From Antedon mediterranea (taxonomy: Eukaryota; Animalia; Echinodermata), in contig NC_092677.1 of the NCBI RefSeq assembly GCF_964355755.1, positions 25,221,175 through 25,285,174 on the forward strand: 64,000 bases of DNA, in the 5' to 3' direction. Every line of letters begins with the position of its first letter. The stretch's first letter is position 1. The position numbers and the translations under genes were made by a program. Below are positions 12,609 to 24,600 of the stretch, in pieces. Below the pieces are notes generated by a model, which saw nothing but the letters and a program-made list of their open reading frames with translations, ran no database searches and had not been told where the DNA came from.

Positions 12609-15600
12609 TTACCTCATTTTGAGTACAACTTCAGTAGCAATTTTTATCAGCAGATTGAAATCAAAGTTGAGATGACACCGCCAGTAACGACGATCTCGTC
12701 CCCACACTTGTGCGGGATAGCATGGGCTTGCGATTCCGTGGAATATACGTGCAATGGCACGACCAGAGAAGTCCCTGTCGTGGTGTAGGCTGATAAAGCC
12801 ACGCACAGATCCACGAACAGATGCCGCAGAAGCTATTAAAGAATTCTGTAATTATATAAAAATGTAAGAATATTATTGTAAATTGCGTTAGTGATTTAGA
12901 ATTTATTTTTTTTAAATGTATTTGTATTTTTTTGTCTTTACTTACGTCAAGTTCAAGCTCATTGTCATCTTCCATCCACTGAACTAACGAACTCGTATCA
13001 AAGTACTCTCTTAAAATTTGTTTCAGTTCATCACTAGTTTCTTCATCAACGTCCGCACTGCACATCCAGAAGTGGTCACATGATACACTGTAAACACACA
13101 ATTATCAACCAATCAGACTAATATATACTTTACTGTATTGCTAACAAAAAAACATAAACATATCATTGACAAAAAGTGATAAGATTTAGAAACTAATCAC
13201 AGCTTAACACCAACTTGCATTTAAGAATGTTTGGAGGCACTTGACGAACTTAAACAGGGAATGCTTCTGTGTACAAATTGGTTTTGAGACATAATTTGAA
13301 GATACTGACACTTTCTGATATTTAGTATTATGTTTATTGGCAATAGTGTAGACAGAGCTTAATACCTGTTAAGTGCCTTGAACACAGACTTCAGTTGGTA
13401 TAACTCTCTCTTTTCCTGACCTTTAACCTTAGAGTAGAGAAAGTCAACAACACCGTCAAGTTCCTCGTCAGTCAGATCACCAGGTGATCGGAAGTGGAAG
13501 CCAAGATCTGAGAGTTCTACCATTACACCAGACTTCATTTGGCCTGCAAATGAAAGAGAGTTTTAGGAATTGGTCATTGACAATTTCATGTCTTGATTTC
13601 CTTATAAGACATTATTATTTTATGACATTAAAAAGATATGTATGATTAAAAAATTTTGTATGATTGAAGATTAATTCCACTACTTTTGATTTTATTTATT
13701 TCTTTTGAGTGACCTTTTTTGTGGAAGACCGATCTCCCAGAAAGATCATGGTCAGAAAACTAGCAAAAAATCTCTTACTCATCTAAAACAGTCTACCAAG
13801 TCCTATATTTTATACTGTATAAAAACACAAGAAAAACAAATTCATGTCACATCCAAAAGATGAGGCAGAATGAAGTATCTTGCCTAAAGATACAAGCTAT
13901 ATAGCAATATTTACCGTTTTTTTTTAACCCCCCCCCCCAATGATATAAAAAATGCCCTCAATTGTAAATAGTATGTTTTTTCTAGTATGTATTTACATTG
14001 TATTGTCTATTTAGGCAGATATTTTCCCTTGATGGCATCGGTAGCTAATGAAATGTTTAGAAACAGGACTTGAACCCATGCCTCTCACATGCTAGTACAA
14101 TATCCCTACCATTACCCCATACTACTCTCTCATTACTTTTACTGAGTATTGTACGTACCATTCCACTGCAGACTTTTTAATTGTTTCTTCACCATACCAG
14201 CCTGCCAGTTCATCTCACTTGCAACATCCACAACCGGGAACTCAAGGCCACTCTTGTTCCTCAAGGATTTACCAGTCTTCTCTTGATGGAGGGCAATGGC
14301 TGCTGCTAGGGCAGGACACTTATGAGCCATGGTTTGTAGCTGTTTAGGCCCCCCATAACAGTTGATGGTGCAGGTTGCCAATGCTGGCGGCAGGTTGTTG
14401 ACCCACTGCTGTGGGTGCAGTTCTAGGTTACATAGAAGTGTGGCAATGCCTGTAAGAGAAATGACATCATGAGGAAAGTTCCCGAATGATCGGAATCAAA
14501 ACGGTACTGGTTTGGTTCCTGCTCCCAAAAGTCATCCATTCATAGAAGCACTAATGAAGAAAGTATATCTGTGGTGGCTAATAGAGTAGTCCTGGGACAT
14601 GACTATACTTCAGCTATAGAAGTTTGAAAATTTGTTATTAGAAATAGATTATACAATTTTAATTATAGTGTGCATAGTTTCATTTGATGTTTTGTATATG
14701 TCTATTAAATTAGTTTGATATGTGTCAGCTCGCTTCGCTCGCTCCCCCTCTAGGAAGTGTAGACGATGGTTCTCGAAATGATAATGACCCAGGTAAAAAG
14801 GACGTTCTCCTTGTACGTTTTTTGTCAGTTACCATTATTGAAAATGTTTGACATTCGTAAAACTAAACCTACTCTGTTTAAACTAAACCTGCTCTGTTTC
14901 ACAGTGTCTTAGATGAATAATAACAGTTTAAAGTAGGCCTATAGTGTGTATACAGTTTGGTAGGGCCCTTATAGGGCTGAGGTGGGGAGGTGGAGTTCAT
15001 TTGAGGGAGGTGCTTATTCAAGGAATATGTTAAATTTTTTAGTTTTAATAATATGGTAACATTTATAATCAAATAAATTCCTAATAGATATATGAAAAGT
15101 GGTTAAAAACGAATAACAAATGCTTGGTAAATTGTAGATAACAGTGCGATGAATTCGACTACAAATAGTATCATTGTGTTAATATAAATATATTTATAAT
15201 ACAATATTGTGTGTATAAATGTGGATGGGCGTTTATTAGATAGTTGGGTTTGGTGGAGGGGGGGGGGGGGGGTTGAAGAGCGATTATTATTCAAAGTGAT
15301 GTTTTATTGGGGAGGCGTTTATTGAAATAAATGTCAAATGCCATGGTAAATTGTAGATAACAGTGCGATGAATTCTACTACAAATAGTATCATTGTGTTA
15401 CTATAAATATAATACAATATTGTGTGTATAATTGTGGATGGGCGTTTAGTAGATAGTTGGGTGGTGGGCGATTATTATTCAAAGTGATGTTTTATTGGGG
15501 AGGCGTTTATTAAAATAAATGTCATCCTAATAATGAATTCATAATTTTATTCAAACATCTTTTGAAACTAACTTCCGCGGCAAGAAGACGTTTTAGACGG

Positions 15601-18600
15601 TTGCAAACATGGGCAGACATCCCGGTCCTAACGGGACACAGACAGCCTAGAGTTATTCCTCCCAGCTTACTCAATAAAACTCGGCTATCGGGATTTTAAA
15701 CAAAATGTCTTATCATCCGATCTCCCTATGTAATTATATATATATATAATACTCCCCACAATATATTCCGATGCTTTATGACGTATATTTAATTTGATCT
15801 TTATTCATTTGGAGTATAATTTTTATGTTTTAACTACCGAACCTTCACACGCGCGATCCGATCCGAAAATAGACAAAAAACTAAAATGGCTATATAGCCA
15901 CTAACGGCCAACTTAGTTGAAACCAGGATGTTGCAAGGTGAACATGTGAACTTATTGTGAACCCGGAAATTACTTCGACCCGATCCTATGTCGGAATTAA
16001 CAATAATTTATATATAGATATAAGGATGATTTCAAAATGATTAAAATGGTAAAGTTTCAACATGGACGCAATGTAACAACAACGTAGGCACAATGCAAGT
16101 CATTTGACCAAAACAACTGACAGTTCAGATGATCCATCGTGGAGTTATTGATCAAATTACTTCCAGTGTGTCTACATCCTTGTGTTGCGTCCAAGTGAGA
16201 AACTACCTTAAAGATAGATTGCTAGATAGCTTATGGCAGATGAATCCATTTCATGTTAGTATTTTTTATTACAATATAAGTTCTTGCCTTCTTCTTTAAT
16301 ATCTAAGCTCTCCACATTCTGTTCAATAGATATTGCTCTTTCATGTCCAGGACACAGTCTTGGTATTTTATAACTGCTTTTCGTTTGTGAAGAAGGTTCT
16401 GTTGGCACCTGTATATCTTCTGGAATCTGTTCTTTCAAGCCATCAGATGTTTTAGAATTATTCACTGATGCTTTTGCACTCTCAGGTACTATTGTTGACA
16501 GATCATTAACTTTTGTGGTAGTAATCTTTCCAGCATCATCTGGTGTCTGAGGAATGATTTCTGATGCTTTCTGGGACAATACCTCGTCTGGAATCATCAT
16601 GTAGTCTTCATCATCTTCTTCTTGAAAATTCTTAAGCTCTTTAGCTGCCTTAGAAAGTTTAAAAAAAAAAAAAAATTACAATTCTACAGAAAAGTCGTAC
16701 ACACAACTAACCACCCAATCTTGAAAAAAGACAAGATGTGGTTATACTGCAGGAAACCTAAACTGGATGGAGGAAGCAAAGACTGTGACTCCCTAGGTTT
16801 GTCTTTTCTATTGGGATGTTACCTCTTTGTTTAGTGGGGTAACGCAGAGGCCATCTGTCACATATGTTCTGTTAATATGCTAATTATATTTGTTTGTTAT
16901 TTGCAAATTATGCAAACTACGTTACGCTCGGTGAAGTAATAAAACAGTAGTTGAATTAAAAGAACCGTGTTGACGAGTCACACTTGTAATATGGTGTCAG
17001 AATAGTGGAAATTCACTCAAAATGGAATCGTTGAAATTTAAGCCGCCTCCACCCTTCGATTTTGATGGTCCTAGTGTGTCTGCTGCTTGGAAAAGGTGGA
17101 AACAGAGATTTACATTCTTTCTGAAAGCGACTGGCAGTGCACGTAAAAGTGGTGAAATAAAGGTAGCAATTTTAATTACTACACTGGAAGGGCGTGGCTT
17201 AGATATTTACAACAACTTTACGTTCACTGATCTTGTAGGCGAACCGGGTCAGGAAGATTATGTCCCAGCAGAGGACAATAATGATTTTGATACAGTAATG
17301 TCAAAGTATGATGAATACTGTAATAAACGGGACCCGATAATGGCGTTACGAGCGCAATATTGGCAATATGAACGACCCGAAGGTCAGGGTTTGGATGAGT
17401 TTGTGAATGACTTAAGAACAATGGCGGTGAATTGTAAATTTGTGGATCAAGACGGTACGATTCGTGATAAGCTTTTCTTCAGTGTAACAAATCCAGTGAT
17501 GAAAATGAAAGTTATGGGCGATGATGGCAACGCTACACTTGATACTGTGATACACCGAATGAGAACTTTTGAGAGTTCTAGACGCGAGCTTGAAATGGCC
17601 GGTGTTGCAAGTGATTATAAGCCGAAGGTTCATGCATTGAGAAGAACCAAATCACATAAACAGACGCCAAGGGTTAGTGGTCAACAGAATCATCAGTTTA
17701 CGGATGCAGCCAAAATTAAATGTAGCAGGTGCGGTTCTTCACATCTACCTCGTCAGTGTCCAGCTTATGGTAAAACATGCTACGGGTGTAAGGGTTTGAA
17801 TCATTTTCAGTCTGTGTGCACCAAACGTTTTTCCCGAGGACGCGGTCGTGGACGTGGAAGAGCTGTACATACAATGGATGAACAGTATATTATTGCCGAA
17901 GGTGTAAGTGATCCTAATGACTTATACATTGACACTTTAACTGTTAAAGATAAAAATGAGTACTTTTATATTGACACTTTAAGAGATAACGATGACAAGA
18001 ACGCTTGGTTCTATGATGTGTTTGTGGGAGGTAATGTGTTAAAGATGAAGCTTTACACAGGAGCAGGTGTTAACTGCATACCACTGGAAACATTTAGAAA
18101 GTTACCAGGACATAAGAACATTAAAGTATATCATTCTAAAACTAACCTATATAGTTATAGTGATGAAATTGTAAAACATATTGGTAAAGTTACTCTAAAT
18201 GTAAAAGTTGATAACATCCAAAATGATTATGACTTCTTTATTACTAATGTTGATGGTCCACCTATACTTGGATTGAAAGCCTGTAGGGAGCTTGGTCTGA
18301 TCAAACGTGGTAACAATATGATGTGTAGTGATAATGTGATAAATAATAAATATGTACATGCACTAACTAAAGATTCTTTGATTCGAGAGAATCGTGATGT
18401 ATTTACAGGTTTAGGTAAATATCAAGATCCTTTATGACATCAAGTTGAAAAGTGGTGTTTCTCCAGTAGTCCATCCACCCCGCAGGGTGCCACTTAGTCT
18501 GCATACCAAGCTGAAAGAAAAACTTGACGATATGGAGAAGAGGGGCGTGATTAAACGGACCGACAAACCAACAGATTGGGTCAACAGCCTAGTGATAGTG

Positions 18601-21600
18601 GAGAAACGAGACGGATCCTTGAGGTTGTGTTTGGATCCACGTGATTTGAACAAAGCCATTAGACGTGAACATCATATGATACCGACCGGTAAGGACGTAG
18701 TGAGTCAGCTGTCAGGTAAAACACTTTTCACTGTCTTTGACCAGAAAGATGCGTACTGGCAAGTTCCTCTTACTGACGCTAGCGCAGATATATGTACATT
18801 CAATACTCCCTTTGGACGATACAGTTTTCTAAGAATGCCATTTGGTATCTGCAGTGCTAGTGAGGTGCTACAGAAACGAAACCAGCAAATATTTGGTCAT
18901 ATACCTAACGTACACATAATCTGATGATATGATTATAGCTACAGGTAGTGAAGCAGAGCATAATGCAACAGTACAGAGGGTGATGGATACGGCCAGAGCG
19001 AACAATGCCAAATTCAATGGAAGCAAGCTTAAGTATAAACAGTCTGAATTGGTGTTCATGGGAAACGTGGTGAGTGCCGATGGACAGAAACCAGACGAAG
19101 AAAAGGTTAGAGTTATCAATGAAATGCCTGACCCACAATGTAAATCTGACTTGCAACGTATAATGGGGATGCTTAATTATCTTTCACAATTCATACCTAA
19201 TATGTCCAATGTGAGTGCACCTCTCCGGGAATTGCTCAAGAAAGATGTTGCATGGTTTTGGGGTCCAGAACAAGCAGAATCCCTGAGGCAGTTAAAGGCG
19301 TTGATTAGTAGCAAACCAGTCTTAAGTTTCTTTGATCCACAGAAGCCAACCATTATCCAATGTGATGCATCATCCACAGGGCTCGGAAGCTGTTTGCTTC
19401 AAGAGGGTCATCTGGTTGCGTTTGCCTCTAGGTCGTTAACATCAGCTGAAGATAATTACTCACAAATTGAGAAGGAGATGTTGGCGATCTGCTTTTCTAT
19501 ACACAAATACCACCAATATGTATATGGCCGAGCTGTTGAAGTTCACACTGACCATAAACCACTCGAAACAATCACACGTAAACCACTCCATAAAGCTAGT
19601 CCTAGAATACAACAAATGCTGCTCAAATTGATAAAGTATGAGCTTGATGTTAAGTATGTTCCTGGAAAGTACATGTACATAGCTGATGCTCTCAGCAGAG
19701 CATATCCTGATAAGGTTGATCGTGATGCCCAACCCCTTGAACAGTTGAAATATAGGGTGCATAGTCTAGACGAAATATTGCCCATGAGTAAAGCAAAAAT
19801 TGAAGAAGCAATACGAGCTACACATGTAGATGTGGTACTCCAAACTCTAATTCTAACATGCAAAAGCGGGTGGCCTAAACATAGATGGGGTGCACCGGAG
19901 CAAGTTAGGCAGTATTGGCATCTTCGTGATGAGATACATGAAATTGATGGTCTTGTGTTTTTAGGTGAGAAGTTGATTGTTCCTAGCCAAATGAGAGCAG
20001 ATATGCTGAATAAAATACATGAAAGTCACCTTGGGATGGAGAAGTGTAAGGCGAGGGCCAGGTCTATTTTGTATTGGCCAGGTATGACCAACGATATAGA
20101 ATCAGTAGTGTCAAGGTGCCCTGTTTGTGTAAAGTTCATGCGTAGAAATCAACGGGAGCCGATGATTCCACATAAGGTTCCTATGAGACCATGGGCTAAG
20201 CTGGGCGCGGATATATTTACATTCGCTGGCAGAGATCATCTTATTGTAGTTGACTATTTTTCCAAATACCCGGAAGTAGTGAGACTCACTAGCAAAACGG
20301 CTGGAGAAATCATCAAAAAATTGAAATCTATATTCTCAAGACATGGCATCCCTGAAATATTAATGACTGATAACATGCCGTTCGCCAGCTACGAGTTCAA
20401 ACAGTTTGCTAACCAGTGGGGGTTCGATTTAGTGACGTCCAGTCCGACATATGCCAGAAGTAATGGGCAAGTTGAACGTTTCGTCCAAACCATTAAGCAA
20501 CTCATGAGGAAGTCCGTTGATGAGGGAAGCGATTTTCATCTTGCTCTACTAGACTATCGTGATTCACCAATTGCAGGGTTGAATTGTTCTCCTGCTCAGT
20601 TGTTGATGAGCAGAAAGTTAAGGTCAACACTTCCAGTCACACATACATTGCTGCAACCACAAGTTATTGTCGGAGCTAGAGATTTCCTTCAGTCACGTCA
20701 ACAGTCTATGACAAAATATTATGATCGTGGTACACGTGTATTGACGAAACTAAGAAAAGGGGACAACGTGAGAATATTGAAAGGACGGCAATGGGAACCT
20801 GCTGTTGTGGCTAAGGAACATGAGCTACCCCGTTCATATGTAGTGATGACCGAAGATGGAACGTCGTACAGACGGAATCGACAACATTTATTAAACACTC
20901 AACAACCGGATACTTTGCAGAAGGGCGTACCAACTTTGCAGAAGGTACCGGAAGCACCACCCTTACGTAGAAGTGATCGTGTTAGTCGTCCACCGGATCG
21001 ATTGGATTATAAATAAATGTATCAATAATTAACTTCATTTTATGTTTATTTTGCAGATATCATGTTTATTTTCAAACCATCCTATAATGTATGAAACATA
21101 TGAATGTGATCTAAGAAACAATTTGAAACATATGAATGTGATCTAAGAAACAATTTGAAACATATGAATGTGATCTAAGAAACAATTTATGTTTAAGGAA
21201 AAGTAATATTATTTATTTATGAGAATGTGATATATCGTGTCTAATTTACTTTTGATATTAATTTTAAAAAAAAATAAAAATTAAACTTTAGAAATTTATT
21301 TTGTTAGAAAAGGAAAGATGTCACATATGTTCTGTTAATATGCTAATTATATTTGTTTGTTATTTGCAAATTATGCAAACTACGTTACGCTCGGTGAAGT
21401 AATAAAACAGTAGTTGAATTAAAAGAACCGTGTTGACGAGTCACACTTGTAATACCATCCAACTGGAGGCCTCGGCTCTTTGACATATTTTATTGCCTAT
21501 TTTCTCCTCTGGGCACTGCTCAGGGGCCCTCTTAAGCTCCGGGGCCTATGGGTCTAGTAAAGTAAACGCTCATAGCCATTACACCACTGTCTATGTTTCA

Positions 21601-24600
21601 CAACCATAAGCTTTATATACAATAAAATACTTACCTGTCTAGCTCTAGCTTTCTCTTTGCATCTGCATGGTGAAAACACTTTACGACAGAGTTTCTTCAA
21701 GGTGAACCTGTCAAGTGTGTTAGCGTAGGTGTGACGTCTCAATTCACTCAGATCTCTACCCTGTAAAAAAATGCATTAACAACAGTATTGTTAATATTTG
21801 TATAATAATCCCTATAACAACTTAAGTAAAATTGTATTGTACAAGATTTTTTTTTTATAGATCTAAATATCGTAAAAAGGAGTTGATGCCAATTATCGTT
21901 CTGGACATGCTCACCTGTGAATCCAAGAACAGATGGCAATGTGCAGGTTTGCCATCACGTCCAGCTCTGCCAATCTCTTGCACATAGCTCTCAAAACTCT
22001 TTGGCATGTTGTAATGAATAATGGCACGGACATCAGACTTATCCAGTCCCATTCCAAAGGCAACTGTGGCTACGACAATGCGGATACTCCCGGACATGAA
22101 TGCATTTTGAACTTTTCTTCGTTCGCTAGCTGTCATACCTGCATGGTATGACTCCACACTGTTGATGTCTGGTCTTTCATATGGTTTTATAGTTGCTAGT
22201 GATAATGAAAACAAATTATTTTTACTGACAATTTGTTTCCAATTCTTTAGTAGTACTTATTAATTTTTATAAATTCAATGTAAAATTAATACCAAATTAT
22301 CAGTATTAAACACAATTTAATACATACTTTTATATGTTGGTTTTTTTGGTTTTTTAACTTTCTTTTCTGCCTTTTTCTTTCCTTTTCGTTTTTTCTTTTC
22401 ATCCTTGCCGACTTCCTCCTCCTTCTGTATCTCCACTTCTTCTGGATCTTCAGCAGATGCTTTAGTCCTCTTTTTCTTTTCTTTTTGTTTCTTCTGTTTC
22501 CTCTTTCCACCTTTAGTGACTTCCTTCTCTTGTTTATAGATTTCTTCCTCTTCTACATTCTCCTGAATCTCTTCAGGTGCCATCACTTCTTCATTCACTT
22601 CCTTCTTTGTTTTTCCTTTTCTTTGTTTCTTTCCACCTTCAAAAGCTTCTTCCTTTTCTACATTCTCTAGAATATCATCAGGTGCCTTCTCAACTTTTTC
22701 TGGATCTTCCTCAGGTTCTGGATCCTTCTTTCTCTTTCCATCTGGAAGGCATGTTCTCAGAACGGATGCCACTTTCTCCGTTTGATCTCGTCGAATACAA
22801 TAAACAATAATGGAATCTAAGTTTTTAAAACGGTCCCCCTGAAGGAGTTCAACCAGTGCCTGCGATATAAAAAGTGTCAAAAATACTTTTAATTTGTGTG
22901 TACTGTATTGAGTGGTTAGACTATAGTTTGGTGGTTTGCTCATTCCACTATAATATTGATTTTATTATATATTTATTATAATATTGCCTAACCTTGTCCC
23001 TATTCTCATCTTTTGAAACTGATAATTTGAGGTTATTTGGGACAGATCTTCCTCTCACCACTGCATCTTCATCAATACCAAGATGGCTCACAACACTCAT
23101 GGCTGTCGACATGGTAGCTGTGGCAGTCAATCCCAAAAGGCATTGCACACCAAATCGTTCACGAATAACCTAAGGAGGCCAACAAATACTGTTTTTATAA
23201 CTTTGAATAATTTGTTATTTTACATCATTTCTTTAAAATGAGTTATTAAATTAAATAATTAAAGTAATACTCATTGTAGGCATAGCCATGACCGGAAGAT
23301 AAAAAATATAGAAATCTGTAAGAGTTTTGCTGTAAACAAATTAATCTGGGAAATTTTACATTTGAGTGAATAAAATTTGAAATAAAATGTACTTTTCTCA
23401 CCTTGCAAACCATAAGATAAGATGGCCGAAAGTTATGTGACCATTCTGAGACACAATGAGCCTCATCGATACAAGCAAATGCAATAGGAGGAAGTTGGTG
23501 TAATGGTGGAAGACATCCTCCACCTCCTCCGCCTCCAACTACAGCTTCTGGAGAGATCAGCAAAACCTGAACTTTGCCCTCTATGATCTCTTTCACAACC
23601 CTTTCGCGCTGAGATTTGGCCATGTTGCTATGAAGCCGAGCACCCTGAAGACAGCCAGGTAAGCCAATGACCTGAAAATGAATTTTAAAAAAGCATACTA
23701 CTGTGAAACCCACTATTAAGACACTATTTGTTTACGTCTTCTTAATAGGGATTCTACTGTATTATAAATTAAAACACAGCATTAAGGCCAATTTACACAG
23801 ATGAGCGGTAACGGTAAACAGAAAGAAAAAGGGCGGTTTCTACTGGGGATATATACAGACCTTACATGAGACAAGCTATACACTAGTGTATAGCTTGTCT
23901 CACGTAAGGTCTGTATCTATCCCCAGTAGAAACCGCCCTTCCTTTCCGCGCTTTGTGTAAATGGTCATAAGGAATAACATAGATTCTATATTATTTTATA
24001 ACTGTTACCACTCGTCTGTGTAAATTGGCCTTTACACACATTATTTCATGAATATAAAAACAGGCAACTTTCAAACGACCTGTAGTTTTAAATACATTAT
24101 ATTTTCTATTATTACCATACAAACTATTCTTACTATACTTCATTAGATTTCACTTTACCTGATCTTCCATAAGAGATACTAAAGGTGAGATGACTAGTGT
24201 AAGGCAGTGTGATCGCTGGGCATACATGTACGCTGGTAGCTGATAGCACAGAGATTTACCTGCTCCTGTCGAGAGCACCACTAAAGTTGACAGACCTACA
24301 GCAAAATAAAACGGATATTATCGGTAAGAGGGTGACAGGCATGTTTTGGTTTTCTTCGCTTTTCAGTTGGATTGTGTCTCAACCCAAAGTACGATTCAAA
24401 TTTGTCTCTCTCTATTTAGTATTGTTTGTATATTGGGATAGAATTGGCAACAGCTTTTTGGGGCTTACACAAGGAACTTACCTGATAAAAAAATATGATG
24501 TGGTGATGGTGATGTTAGTAATAATGATTAGGATGATGACAATGACCTCTCAATGATAATTGCTCTTACCTGATAATATTCTCATAATGGCCTTCTCCTG

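Larger units (their letters stand above)
16856..21454 (+). mobile_element. Ty3/Gypsy LTR retrotransposon (Mag/SURL-like), full length, antisense in RECQL4 intron 13
   Basis: Identical 136-bp LTRs at 16856-16991 and 21319-21454. 5-bp TSD CCATC (16851-16855, 21455-21459). PBS TGGTGTCAGAA at 16992, PPT AGAAAAGGAAAGA at 21306-21318. Domain order gag-PR-RT-RNaseH-IN. Confidence 0.97.

Noticed and set aside
18425-18445. Programmed ribosomal frameshift between ORF1 and RT
   Set aside because: The shift lies after the protease rather than at gag/pol, has no clear slippery heptamer, and removing one T restores YQDPYDIKLK. A second frameshift follows in RT.
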